Origin: a virus
Lineage: Duplodnaviria > Caudoviricetes
DNA: 64,000 nt
Reading direction: 5' to 3' (one strand)
Virus record (IMG/VR): IMGVR_UViG_3300048629_000034
Location: 49,116 to 113,115 of that record
A model generated the notes under the pieces. That model was given only the letters and a program-made list of their open reading frames with translations, was not told the DNA's origin and made no database searches. Position numbers and translations under genes: made by a program. Of the stretch, positions 28,110 through 38,010 are shown one piece after another (positions within the stretch are counted from its first letter, which is position 1; every line of letters begins with the position of its first letter).

Positions 28110-28427
28110 ATGAAAACAAAAATTACGAAAAATATATTAACAAAACAAGAATTATTTGAAGAAGTAGAGAATAGATACAACTATCATAATGAGAAGCCTG
28201 CAAAATGTACTGATACAACAAATAATGTTGCATGCAAGTCTAAAAAACTATACCTTCATTATCTAGAAAAATACGATAAAAACAAAGATTCAAATTTATT
28301 CGATTATTTCAAATGGTTGAGAACACAACGAGCAGAAGTATTTAATCTACCTAAAACTACAATCAAAAGAAGGACAAGAATATGGGAAGTGAATGCAAAG
28401 ACAACACTGAACTATCTAGACCATTAA
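28110..28427 (+). CDS. hypothetical protein
   Basis: GAGGAG RBS. Confidence 0.7.
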   Translation: MKTKITKNILTKQELFEEVENRYNYHNEKPAKCTDTTNNVACKSKKLYLHYLEKYDKNKDSNLFDYFKWLRTQRAEVFNLPKTTIKRRTRIWEVNAKTTLNYLDH

Positions 28428-28444
28428 CAAAATAAAGGAACCAA

Positions 28445-29689
28445 ATGACATACAACAGTAAGCAGATACAAGCAATAAATATGGCATCAAGCCTAAAACA
28501 TAAGGTGTGCTACATATCAGGAGCTCCAGGAACTGGTAAATCTACATGCCTTAAACAAATCATTGAGAACATAGGAGCTAATGGTTCTGAAATAGTTGTA
28601 ATGGCTCCGTCTCACAAAGCTAAACAAGTAATTGAAAAAACAATAGACGATAAGTCACTTGAGTATATGACAGTGCAGAAATATTGTGGACTTAAACCAA
28701 AAATAAATAGTAAAACAGGAATCCAGACTTTTGTAGAAGAGTTTAATCCGAAGGAACAGACATGCGATGTTGCAGTAGTAGATGAAGCTAGCATGTTGAC
28801 GCAGAAAATGCTAGACAAAGTTATGAGAACAAGCAATCATGTAATTCTATTAGGAGACATTCATCAGCTTGAAGCAATAGAGGATCCAATACCTGAACAA
28901 ACTTTGTCAGATATACCAGTAATAGAATTAACTGAGCAGATGAGACAGAAATCAATCCATTCTGATCTGTATAAAGTTATTCAGATTTTTCTTAAGCGTA
29001 AGAATAACAATACAACTCGTACATTTAATTTTGATACTGAGTCTGATGGATCTATCATTGTGCACAAAGATCTAAGCGATTTTATAGATACATTTATTGA
29101 ATCTAAATCTACAAGCAAGAGAATCATTGGATTCAGAAATGTATCAATTGACTATATTAATTCTGAAATTAGATCAAAACTATCACTACCTGATTATCCA
29201 ATAGTTGGAGATATTATAGTACTTCAGCAACCTATAACTAGACGAGGGAAGAAGAATAATAGAGTAGTTAAGGAGATTGTGTATAACAATGGGGATGAAT
29301 TAACAATCAAGAAAATCACACCAGTCGATAATAACACTGACTATCCAACATTCATGATGGCAGAATGTATCAGACACGGAGATATGGAAACTAGAGAAAT
29401 CAAAATACCATATGACTCAATCAAGTTTAATAACAATCTGCAGAAATTAGCAAATTCAATCAACAATGGAACAAACAAGAGATTATGGACAGAGAAATAT
29501 TATCCATTGAAAGAATCTGTAGCCCACTACAAATTCAACTACTGTGGAACTACACACAAAGCTCAAGGAAGTACTTATGACGAAGTATATATCTTGCATA
29601 AGGACATGATTGTAGCCGGAGATAATTATAACAGACTTATGTATGTTGCAATTTCGAGAGCTAAGACTGTAGCACATATAAAGGATTAA
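28445..29689 (+). CDS. SF1B DNA helicase (Dda/RecD-like)
   Basis: GAPGTGKS, APSHKA, VVDEASM, GDIHQL, LTEQMRQ, TTHKAQGST, YVAISRA. Confidence 0.92.
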   Translation: MTYNSKQIQAINMASSLKHKVCYISGAPGTGKSTCLKQIIENIGANGSEIVVMAPSHKAKQVIEKTIDDKSLEYMTVQKYCGLKPKINSKTGIQTFVEEFNPKEQTCDVAVVDEASMLTQKMLDKVMRTSNHVILLGDIHQLEAIEDPIPEQTLSDIPVIELTEQMRQKSIHSDLYKVIQIFLKRKNNNTTRTFNFDTESDGSIIVHKDLSDFIDTFIESKSTSKRIIGFRNVSIDYINSEIRSKLSLPDYPIVGDIIVLQQPITRRGKKNNRVVKEIVYNNGDELTIKKITPVDNNTDYPTFMMAECIRHGDMETREIKIPYDSIKFNNNLQKLANSINNGTNKRLWTEKYYPLKESVAHYKFNYCGTTHKAQGSTYDEVYILHKDMIVAGDNYNRLMYVAISRAKTVAHIKD

Positions 29690-29691
29690 TT

Positions 29692-30096
29692 ATGGATAAG
29701 CTTCTATTGCATAACCAAAACTGGAACAACATAGAAAAACTAGCAGTAAAAGAAAACGACAAATTAATAATATTCATAAATATAAATAATTTAAATACAT
29801 TTAATACAATAACGGATCTATTCGGAAGACAAATAGGATCGATGGATGATATGCGTTATTATTTTACTGAAGATAAACAATACGTATCTTTGTATTTACA
29901 CAAAGATCGCAATGGAGATCCCTCTCAAGGATGGACAGGTACTAAAGAGATAGATCTACATGCGGATATTATAAAGGTATTAAACAATGAGTTCTATTCA
30001 AACATTTATCCAGCAGCCATAAAATGCATTATTGACGCTAGGCATATATCAAATATAAATACAGACCAGAGGATAATTTTACATGACACAAATTAA
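29692..30096 (+). CDS. LHDTN-tail family protein 5
   Basis: ends QRIILHDTN. Confidence 0.85.
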   Translation: MDKLLLHNQNWNNIEKLAVKENDKLIIFININNLNTFNTITDLFGRQIGSMDDMRYYFTEDKQYVSLYLHKDRNGDPSQGWTGTKEIDLHADIIKVLNNEFYSNIYPAAIKCIIDARHISNINTDQRIILHDTN

Positions 30097-30457
30097 CGAA
30101 AAAGCATTAGCTAATTTTCTTAAATATCAAGCAGATGGAGACAACATAGACAAAGATGTAATTATTGTTGAATCTATTGATGAATGGAATAAGATATTTG
30201 AATGTCTATATAAATATAAAATATACGGACAGAGATCTGGTCTGTCGTTAAAAGAATGGGAAAGTGTATATAGAAGATGCAATAATAATAATGGGGATTA
30301 TGCGCTAAGGTTAGCTAGTGAAATAAACCTAAATCATTCAAGTTCTGATTGGATGATAGCGAACTACATTGAAGACACAAACGGCAAAGCAATACATTTC
30401 AAGGATATACCTGGAGTACACAGATTGAATCAATTTATTCTGTACGATACAAATTAA
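30083..30457 (+). CDS. LHDTN-tail family protein 6
   Basis: ends NQFILYDTN. Confidence 0.85.
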   Translation: MTQINEKALANFLKYQADGDNIDKDVIIVESIDEWNKIFECLYKYKIYGQRSGLSLKEWESVYRRCNNNNGDYALRLASEINLNHSSSDWMIANYIEDTNGKAIHFKDIPGVHRLNQFILYDTN

Positions 30458-30476
30458 TACACAAGGAGGCGCTATA

Positions 30477-30872
30477 GTGAAAGATATTAATTCAATAAAT
30501 AATATTGACGAACAACAATTAAGTGGCTTAATGAAAGAATTAAAGTCAAACACCAATAATAGCTTTGATGCTCTATTTATATATAATATTAAAGATTCAG
30601 ATAGTTTTCATGATATTATGAAGTTGTGGGGAAGAGGAGACATTTGTGGAAAAGATCACATTGGATATCCTCGGGCATTAAGTCTCGAACAGGATGGAAC
30701 ACAAGGATGGGAAGAACAATTTAAATATAGCATTACTACGAATGATCAGATATTACGTCAAGCTGAAGTTTTTTATATTAAATGGAAAAAAATGTATTCG
30801 CTAGACTACAATACGCTATTAGATGGCAAAAATAATAATCTAAATCAATTTACATTATACGATACAAACTAA
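30477..30872 (+). CDS. LHDTN-tail family protein 7
   Basis: GTG start, AGGAGG RBS; ends NQFTLYDTN. Confidence 0.85.
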   Translation: MKDINSINNIDEQQLSGLMKELKSNTNNSFDALFIYNIKDSDSFHDIMKLWGRGDICGKDHIGYPRALSLEQDGTQGWEEQFKYSITTNDQILRQAEVFYIKWKKMYSLDYNTLLDGKNNNLNQFTLYDTN

Positions 30873-30896
30873 TCAACACACAGAAGGAGAACCAAT

Positions 30897-32708
30897 ATGA
30901 CACAAGAATATAAACTCAGAGATTATCAACAGGAAGCTGTAGACGAAATAGACGCTGGATTTTCATTTGGAGAAGATGAAATCATACTTGAAGCATGTAC
31001 ATCATTCGGCAAAACAAGTGTAATATGTGAACTAGCTAGAGTACATAAGAAGTCAGTTACTATTCTTGTGTCATTAACTCCATTAGTCCAACAAATAAGC
31101 AATACACTAACACTTATGGGAGTTGATCATTCAATCATTAAAGCAGGTCGTGATAGTGAATTTGATCCAAATGCACGAGTGCATCTTGCTATGGCTCAAA
31201 CATTGCATTCACGAATCAAAGCAGATAAGATGGAATTTACAACTAATTTGCTTATTCAGGATGAATATCATATATCTTATAATACCAAGCGTACAGATGA
31301 AATCAAGCAGGTACTTAAACCTAATAAGATATTGGGTCTAACTGCAACTCCATACGATGCTAGAGGATACAGATTATCTAATACAGCAGAGATTGTGGCT
31401 ACAGCACACGAGAAGGATCTTGAGTCTCAGGGTTTCCTAGCTCCAGTCAAATACTATATACCAGAATGGTCTGAAAAAGTAGATTATGATAGAGTAAAGA
31501 AGAACGGTGGTGATTATACTGGTACAGCATTGAATGAAATTGTAAATACAGAGACTCATATAGAACAAGTAATTCAGTCAATGAATAAACTTAATGCACA
31601 AAACAAGAAAACTATTGTATTTTGTTCTACAATTGAGCAGTGTGATTATATTACAAATAGATTAAAACAGCATGGATATTTAGCTGAATCATTTCATAGT
31701 AAAATTGGTAAGCAAAACTCAGAACTAATGCTTGATGTATTTACAAATAATGCTGATAATTATATTGAAACAGGACCAAAGAAAAAACTATCTGAGCTTG
31801 AATCTGGTTCTTTATTTGACGACAAACCAGTCAAACCTCAGCCTAGAGCAGTCAAATGTTTAGTATCGGTGAGTAGACTAACAACGGGCTTCTCTGTTGA
31901 AGACATACAACTTGGAGTAGCAGTCTCTAAAACTTTAGTTAGATCTAAATTTGTACAAATGGCTGGCAGATTGCGTAGAATACATCCAGATAAGCAATTT
32001 GGTGAATTTCTTGATTGCGCTCAACTTATATCTACACATGGATTTCCTGATGAAATATATGTTCCTCCACCTAGAATTGGAATATCATTAGCAGATAAGA
32101 AGGCATTAGCTGATGCAACTAAGAGTATACCTGATATCAGAATTGTATGCGATGACGAATTATCAGAACCAATTACATTAGATAAATATAATCTTCGTTT
32201 GGTTGAATTAAAGAACACAAAGAAACGTCTAACTCAAATGGATGTTCCTGAGCTTAGAGATAAACTATTAGTTGAATCTGATTTGCTAACTACATTCTCT
32301 ATTATTACTGTATTATTTGATAAAGTATTATGTGAGCCTATGCCTGACAAATGGGGAAACGACTCAAGGGGTTATGTAGCTTCAAATGGTAAAACAGTTG
32401 TTGGCTTCGTTAATCCCCGTACAATCGAATGGATAGCGTCTAAATGGATGGAAGCATACGAAACTCTACCACAGTATTTTAAAGATAAATATCTTAGAGC
32501 ACTTAAGACTAGATCTATTAATGCAATCAAACAGAATAAATCTATATATTCTCTTGGATTCTTTATTGAATTTCTTATGGAGCAAGACTCATTTGACCTT
32601 GAGATTGAAGATAGTACGACTAAAGAAGAACCAAATATATATGATAATGATCATACTGACAATGCAGATGATTATGAAATTGATGAGGATGGAGATATTC
32701 CATTCTAA
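30897..32708 (+). CDS. SF2 DExH-box helicase (UvsW/YejH-like)
   Basis: LRDYQ, TSFGKT, QDEYH, GLTATP, LTTGFS, QMAGRLRR. Confidence 0.9.
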   Translation: MTQEYKLRDYQQEAVDEIDAGFSFGEDEIILEACTSFGKTSVICELARVHKKSVTILVSLTPLVQQISNTLTLMGVDHSIIKAGRDSEFDPNARVHLAMAQTLHSRIKADKMEFTTNLLIQDEYHISYNTKRTDEIKQVLKPNKILGLTATPYDARGYRLSNTAEIVATAHEKDLESQGFLAPVKYYIPEWSEKVDYDRVKKNGGDYTGTALNEIVNTETHIEQVIQSMNKLNAQNKKTIVFCSTIEQCDYITNRLKQHGYLAESFHSKIGKQNSELMLDVFTNNADNYIETGPKKKLSELESGSLFDDKPVKPQPRAVKCLVSVSRLTTGFSVEDIQLGVAVSKTLVRSKFVQMAGRLRRIHPDKQFGEFLDCAQLISTHGFPDEIYVPPPRIGISLADKKALADATKSIPDIRIVCDDELSEPITLDKYNLRLVELKNTKKRLTQMDVPELRDKLLVESDLLTTFSIITVLFDKVLCEPMPDKWGNDSRGYVASNGKTVVGFVNPRTIEWIASKWMEAYETLPQYFKDKYLRALKTRSINAIKQNKSIYSLGFFIEFLMEQDSFDLEIEDSTTKEEPNIYDNDHTDNADDYEIDEDGDIPF

Positions 32709-32723
32709 TATAAAGGAAATACT

Positions 32724-33182
32724 ATGAGAGAAATAAATTTTTTATTACAAATAAACGACATGGATCCATCAGGACAAATAAGAAGAATCTCTAGAGAAAT
32801 AGAATGTGATAATTACGACAAAATGTCAGTACCAAGATATGTTGATTTCTTCAAAAACGAAATAAAAAAAGCATTAAATATTAAACTAGCTCCAAAGTTA
32901 TTTAGTGACAAAACACATCGTAAGTTCACTATAAAGACAAAAGATCTATTTATAAACCATGCTAATATATCAAGAGATCCATATGCCATGAACAATGAAA
33001 TATGGGCAGCAATGACTTTATTTATAGAAGATGATAGAGATAACCCTCATATCGATAGTTTAAATTATTACAAATCACATAATAGTGATGATGCAGTTCA
33101 ATTGTTGTATAAAGCAATAGCAAGAAACACAGATACTACAGAAACTATTACAGATAGGATAATTTTACATGACACAAACTAG
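32724..33182 (+). CDS. LHDTN-tail family protein 8
   Basis: ends DRIILHDTN. Confidence 0.85.
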   Translation: MREINFLLQINDMDPSGQIRRISREIECDNYDKMSVPRYVDFFKNEIKKALNIKLAPKLFSDKTHRKFTIKTKDLFINHANISRDPYAMNNEIWAAMTLFIEDDRDNPHIDSLNYYKSHNSDDAVQLLYKAIARNTDTTETITDRIILHDTN

Positions 33183-33540
33183 AATTATAGACACTAATAA
33201 ACTAATAAATTACATAAATAATAAAGCAAGCAATAAGCATGAGTGCATAATCAAAGTAAATTCTAATGATCACTGGATCAGATTAATTTTCTCAATATTT
33301 GATAATGGTAGTGATATTGGTTTATCACATAGAAATTCTAGTAGAAACCTATGGGCCACTTACTTTAGTAAAGAATCTCATACAAATAATTGCATATATT
33401 TATTTATTGACAAAAGTAAGTGGCTTTCGTATTCAGAAGAAGGTTTCATAAATGAGCACAATTTAAACGATCATGTAGTTGATTTTAAATACTTTCTAGT
33501 TGAAGACAAACCTAACTTCAAATTACATGATACAAACTAA
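33169..33540 (+). CDS. LHDTN-tail family protein 9
   Basis: ends PNFKLHDTN. Confidence 0.85.
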   Translation: MTQTRIIDTNKLINYINNKASNKHECIIKVNSNDHWIRLIFSIFDNGSDIGLSHRNSSRNLWATYFSKESHTNNCIYLFIDKSKWLSYSEEGFINEHNLNDHVVDFKYFLVEDKPNFKLHDTN

Positions 33541-33551
33541 AAGGATACAAC

Positions 33552-33926
33552 ATGACAGAAAGAGAAATTCTACTTAAATTCGTAAAGAATGAACTAAAGA
33601 AGAATATATCAGATAGAAAAGTAATTATTTGCGAATCATTCATTGAATATTCAAACTTTCTTCATTGGACGGATGCACATAAAGTAATAACAAATATAAA
33701 TGACTCAAGAAATGATATGGATGAATGGATAGCGGAATTTGAATTCTACAAAGACACAGGAAAGATAGTAATCTTTTTAGAACTAAATGACTCTATAGCT
33801 ATAGACAGTATGAAGTATTTAGAAATGTGCGACCAATACGATGACAGAAGGACAATATATTCTGAAATAATTTCATCATGCAACAAGGAAAACAAAGATA
33901 TGTTTATATTACACGACACAAATTAA
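33552..33926 (+). CDS. LHDTN-tail family protein 10
   Basis: ends DMFILHDTN. Confidence 0.85.
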   Translation: MTEREILLKFVKNELKKNISDRKVIICESFIEYSNFLHWTDAHKVITNINDSRNDMDEWIAEFEFYKDTGKIVIFLELNDSIAIDSMKYLEMCDQYDDRRTIYSEIISSCNKENKDMFILHDTN

Positions 33927-33935
33927 GGAGAACCA

Positions 33936-34313
33936 ATGACAACATACAAACAATTAGAAAAACAATGTCAATCTATAGCAAATGACTTATCAAATGGTAT
34001 AGAAGTGACAGAAGATAATGTAGATTACTATCCAGATCTATCTATTGGAGATAATGTCTCTGGACATGATTATTTATCACATGATACACAAGATGATTGG
34101 ACATATACAATAAGTAGATCAGGGGACTATAGATCAGGAGAAGTAGCAATGGCTTTAGGTGGTCCAAGTATATGGATAAATACAAATACAAGAACCGTAG
34201 AAGGCTATTGGGGCTCAGATAGAGTAACTATACCATATATTGATAATATTGGCTTAGATGATGCTCTATGTGAGTTTTACGAATGCGGAATAGGAATGAA
34301 TCTAAATAAGTAA
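33936..34313 (+). CDS. acidic hypothetical phage protein
   Basis: AAGGAG RBS; ALGGPSIWINT..VEGYWG. Confidence 0.75.
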   Translation: MTTYKQLEKQCQSIANDLSNGIEVTEDNVDYYPDLSIGDNVSGHDYLSHDTQDDWTYTISRSGDYRSGEVAMALGGPSIWINTNTRTVEGYWGSDRVTIPYIDNIGLDDALCEFYECGIGMNLNK

Positions 34314-34342
34314 CAAATGATAGACAAAAAAAGGAGAACAAT

Positions 34343-34777
34343 ATGGGACGATATTACAGGGACACGATAAATGACGAATTTTCAGGTAAATTTTATTTTG
34401 GAACACAAGATAGTGATGCAGCAGATAGATTTGGAACAACAGCTAATGAACCACAATTCATATATTATTATTATGGCGAAGACGACTTAGAAGAGGTACA
34501 AGGTGAGTTAAACAATATAGAAGAGTATCTATTGAATGAAATTGGTTCGGAACTATTTGTCAAATACAATATAGCTTCACTAAGAGGAACCAAGACAGAA
34601 ACACACATAGATAAGAGATTTAATAATATGTGGGATTTTATGAATAATGATATCGACAAATGTGAGCATATAGATAAAAACAAATTTATTTCTGAATTTG
34701 CTGATTTTGAACTAGGAGCTAAAATCGAATATGCAATATTAACAAATGGAGAATGTGAACTGGAGTGTGAGTTGTAA
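34343..34777 (+). CDS. acidic hypothetical phage protein
   Basis: MGRYY..GKFYFG.Q.SDAADRFG. Confidence 0.75.
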   Translation: MGRYYRDTINDEFSGKFYFGTQDSDAADRFGTTANEPQFIYYYYGEDDLEEVQGELNNIEEYLLNEIGSELFVKYNIASLRGTKTETHIDKRFNNMWDFMNNDIDKCEHIDKNKFISEFADFELGAKIEYAILTNGECELECEL

Positions 34778-34980
34778 TGGGAAATATATTAATCACAAAC
34801 AAAACAGACACACACTTGCTATCTGACAATACAGATCATATTGATATTCATTTAGATGAAGGCAAATATGTAAATATCGTAACAGCAAACAAGAAATACA
34901 TTGTTATGGTAGAGAATGGTTCTATATCAGTATATGACGAATCTGATACATTTTTGAATGGAATTGAACTAGGAGAATAA
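34777..34980 (+). CDS. hypothetical protein
   Basis: TAATG overlap with previous gene. Confidence 0.6.
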   Translation: MGNILITNKTDTHLLSDNTDHIDIHLDEGKYVNIVTANKKYIVMVENGSISVYDESDTFLNGIELGE

Positions 34981-34982
34981 CT

Positions 34983-35930
34983 ATGTTGCAAACAGCAAAT
35001 GATGCACCAAACTTTACAATAGTGTTGCCAGTTGATTGTCAGGCAGATTGTGTATTTTGCTCATGGAGAACTAGCAATCAGGACAAACAGAAAATGGACG
35101 ATGATAAATTTTTCAAAGCAATTATTCATACATTGAATAATTTGCCATCTAATTGTACAGAATTAACAATTAGTGGGGGAGAACCAACAACATATCCATA
35201 TTTAGAGCAAGTATTAAAACTAATACAACTACATAAGAAAGAGAACATTAAAAAAGTAGTATTTACTACAAATGGACAGAATCTATATTCCTGGGCTAAG
35301 GACAGTCTATTTTTAGATGTAGTGGATTATGTAAACATAAGCAGACATCACTATATCCAAGAAGACAACGACAGAATAATGAGAATACGAACTATAAATT
35401 GGAATACTATATGTTCAGTATCGGATAGATTATCTAAAGCTGGAATTAGAACCAATATCAATTGTATATTAAGTACATCTGTAATGAAAGAATACGATTA
35501 TGAATTTTTAGCTTGTTTCATAGATTATGCTAGAAATCATAGTATTAATTCTATAACATTTAGAAAAGATTATGATGATGGATTCGGAATGCATTATCTG
35601 GAACAGGAAATACAAGAAACATATAAACCATTGCATATTGGAGAATGCCCTGTATGTAGAAAATCTAAATACCTTATTAATGGTATGGAAGTATTATTTA
35701 CTACATCAGAATTTGAACCAACAGCATACTATGGATCACAATCTATATATGAATTTATACTTCAACCTAACGGAAATCTAACATCAGATTGGGAAGGAAA
35801 TAGTACAGTTGAGCTAGATACGAAACCTAAACTTAAACAATGTACTGATAATACTTCTAATCTGAATCTAACTTCTAGAGGATATTTAGCAGGCTCTGGT
35901 AGAGGATGTGGAAGCAGTGGATGTAGATAA
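34983..35930 (+). CDS. radical SAM enzyme
   Basis: CQADCVFC (CxxxCxxC), ISGGEPT, TTNG, NISRH; extra CPVC and C-terminal GCGSSGC. Confidence 0.9.
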   Translation: MLQTANDAPNFTIVLPVDCQADCVFCSWRTSNQDKQKMDDDKFFKAIIHTLNNLPSNCTELTISGGEPTTYPYLEQVLKLIQLHKKENIKKVVFTTNGQNLYSWAKDSLFLDVVDYVNISRHHYIQEDNDRIMRIRTINWNTICSVSDRLSKAGIRTNINCILSTSVMKEYDYEFLACFIDYARNHSINSITFRKDYDDGFGMHYLEQEIQETYKPLHIGECPVCRKSKYLINGMEVLFTTSEFEPTAYYGSQSIYEFILQPNGNLTSDWEGNSTVELDTKPKLKQCTDNTSNLNLTSRGYLAGSGRGCGSSGCR

Positions 35931-35957
35931 ACATATAATAGCATTAGGAGAATAATT

Positions 35958-36296
35958 ATGCCATTCAAACACGAATCTATGCATATACCAGCTAAACACG
36001 ATAAGAGGGTTAAACTATCTGATCAGGATAAGGCAGATATCAAGCGTTTATACTTTAGTGACGACAATCTGAGCCAAAGAGATTTAGCAAGAATGTATAA
36101 TGTATCTCGCAGATCTATTATATTTGCTATATATCCTGAGCGTAGAATTGCTAATTATCAAGCTCGTGTAGCTAGAGGTGGAAGCAAACAGTACTATGAC
36201 AAGGATAAGCATACGGAAGCTATGAGAACTCATAGGAAACATAAACAGGAATTATACCTTGACGGTAAATTAATTGAACAAACTATAGGAGAATAA
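35958..36296 (+). CDS. HTH DNA-binding protein
   Basis: KLS...I..LY....SQRDLARMYNVSRRSI. Confidence 0.75.
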   Translation: MPFKHESMHIPAKHDKRVKLSDQDKADIKRLYFSDDNLSQRDLARMYNVSRRSIIFAIYPERRIANYQARVARGGSKQYYDKDKHTEAMRTHRKHKQELYLDGKLIEQTIGE

Positions 36297-36297
36297 A

Positions 36298-37122
36298 ATG
36301 GGCTGCTGGAACGGGACTTGCGGAATAAGTCAGATGAGTATAAATGCAGGTGATCCTGTAAAAGTAATTATGATACAAAATCAGATATATGTAGGAGAGG
36401 CTGCAGGGTATTGTTATCCAACAGGAAATGCATTGCCTATCTCATTCGCTTTTGATGCTGTATATGATGACTATGGATCATTTGAAGACATGAATAATGG
36501 ATTAGGATTCAAATTATTTGAAGAATATTTCAATCATCAATTAAATGTCAGAGATGGTATCAGAATAACAGCAGATGCATTTGGTGACAAGCATCTCGGA
36601 ATACCTGAACATGACCATAGTAATCTTACTTCAAAGCAAATTATTGGACTTATCGAACGAGATAGAGTTCTAACTAAAGATGCATATGGAGATAAAGATG
36701 GTGTACTTATGGGATTTATGTTTATACATAAAGATATATATGACAGTGTAATTAGAACCAATCAACACATACACGACATGTGCAGTAAAGAGTTAACAGA
36801 ACGAAGCACAAGCTGGAGATATGAATACAACGGTCACTCTGTGTTTAATAGTATGAGTAATGTAAATACCCATGCATTTGAATATTATTTTGAATTATAC
36901 TCACAGAACCAAGATCAATATGATCTATCAGAATTTGCTGAGTTGATGTCTGAATTTGTATCTATTACCAAAGCTATGGATATGCTTCGTAAATCATGGG
37001 GTGGACAATCTGGTAAAGGCAGTCAATCTTGTGATTTTGAATATACTAAACGATTAATCGATGGTATGCAAAGACTAATCAAACGATATGAAGATGAATA
37101 TAATCACATTAATGAAGAGTAA
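36298..37122 (+). CDS. conserved hypothetical phage protein
   Basis: MGCWNGTCGIS...YDDYG...GSQ. Confidence 0.75.
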   Translation: MGCWNGTCGISQMSINAGDPVKVIMIQNQIYVGEAAGYCYPTGNALPISFAFDAVYDDYGSFEDMNNGLGFKLFEEYFNHQLNVRDGIRITADAFGDKHLGIPEHDHSNLTSKQIIGLIERDRVLTKDAYGDKDGVLMGFMFIHKDIYDSVIRTNQHIHDMCSKELTERSTSWRYEYNGHSVFNSMSNVNTHAFEYYFELYSQNQDQYDLSEFAELMSEFVSITKAMDMLRKSWGGQSGKGSQSCDFEYTKRLIDGMQRLIKRYEDEYNHINEE

Positions 37123-37194
37123 TTTTATTTGCTTATGTATTGGAGGCACCATACCGTAGTTGATACGATATGTTTCATATTGTATCATTAGAGC

Positions 37195-37224
37195 TTGACA
37201 AAGTGTAACCGTTTACGATACAAT
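37195..37224 (+). promoter_or_regulatory. sigma70-type promoter
   Basis: TTGACA-18-TACAAT upstream of 37262. Confidence 0.55.
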
Positions 37225-37261
37225 ATGATTGAAGTAAATAAACAATCAAAGGACTATCTAT

Positions 37262-37783
37262 ATGAATGATATTATATCTAAAGCAGTATCTGTTGTCAAT
37301 CCAGACACAGGGGAAGTCAATGAATACAGTAATGTACTTATTGAGAACAACAAGAAATTCATACAATATAAACGAGGATGGACACGAATGTATAGAGACG
37401 GAACCAATCACAATATACAACTAGAAAAAGGCAAAGTTATTGAGAAATTTGAGATAGGATATGATGGAATTGTGAGGGAATTACGAAGCCCATTGGAACA
37501 TGATATATTTACGGCAATAAGAGATTCGTATATACCAAGAACCAATACAATAATATTTAACCAAACCAAATTAGCTAAAAAATTAAATACAAGCAGAGTT
37601 ACGGTTGCTAGAGTAGTTAGAAAATTGAAGGACATGAGTTTTATTCGAATTGATGACGATACATTAAAAATGAATCCATTTATTTGGATAGCTCCTAATC
37701 TGTCGAACGATGATATACATATATTACAAGAAGACTGGAAACGATTAATTGGGTATGAATACATGCAATCACTACAATCATAG
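37262..37783 (+). CDS. winged-HTH protein (RepL-like)
   Basis: VNPDTGEV; NQTKLAKKLNTSRVTVARVVRKL..MNP. Confidence 0.7.
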   Translation: MNDIISKAVSVVNPDTGEVNEYSNVLIENNKKFIQYKRGWTRMYRDGTNHNIQLEKGKVIEKFEIGYDGIVRELRSPLEHDIFTAIRDSYIPRTNTIIFNQTKLAKKLNTSRVTVARVVRKLKDMSFIRIDDDTLKMNPFIWIAPNLSNDDIHILQEDWKRLIGYEYMQSLQS

Positions 37784-38010
37784 CAAAAGCAACCCAGCTC
37801 CTGAATTATATTTCCAAGCACGACGGGCTACGAAATGGAGTCTGAAACTTTCCCAACGAGGAGCGTAGCGACGGTAGTTGGTTGGGAAAGTTCTAAGCGA
37901 AATGAAGTCAGTCCGTATGTGCATATGGATTGGTAAATAAATTTGAATCTGAATATATAAAAAGAAAATACAGTCCAATGAATATATTGGTTCTAGCAAA
38001 GGAGAATTAA

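Noticed and set aside
20706-33926. LHDTN tail as a DNA-level repeat (integron attC, DGR or CRISPR-like unit)
   Set aside because: Variation is concentrated at synonymous positions; there is no palindromic attC structure, no integrase or reverse transcriptase, and no adenine-specific template/variable pair
34039-34048. TATCTATTGG copy inside a CDS as a fifth early promoter
   Set aside because: Lacks the upstream TTC-loop hairpin and T spacer
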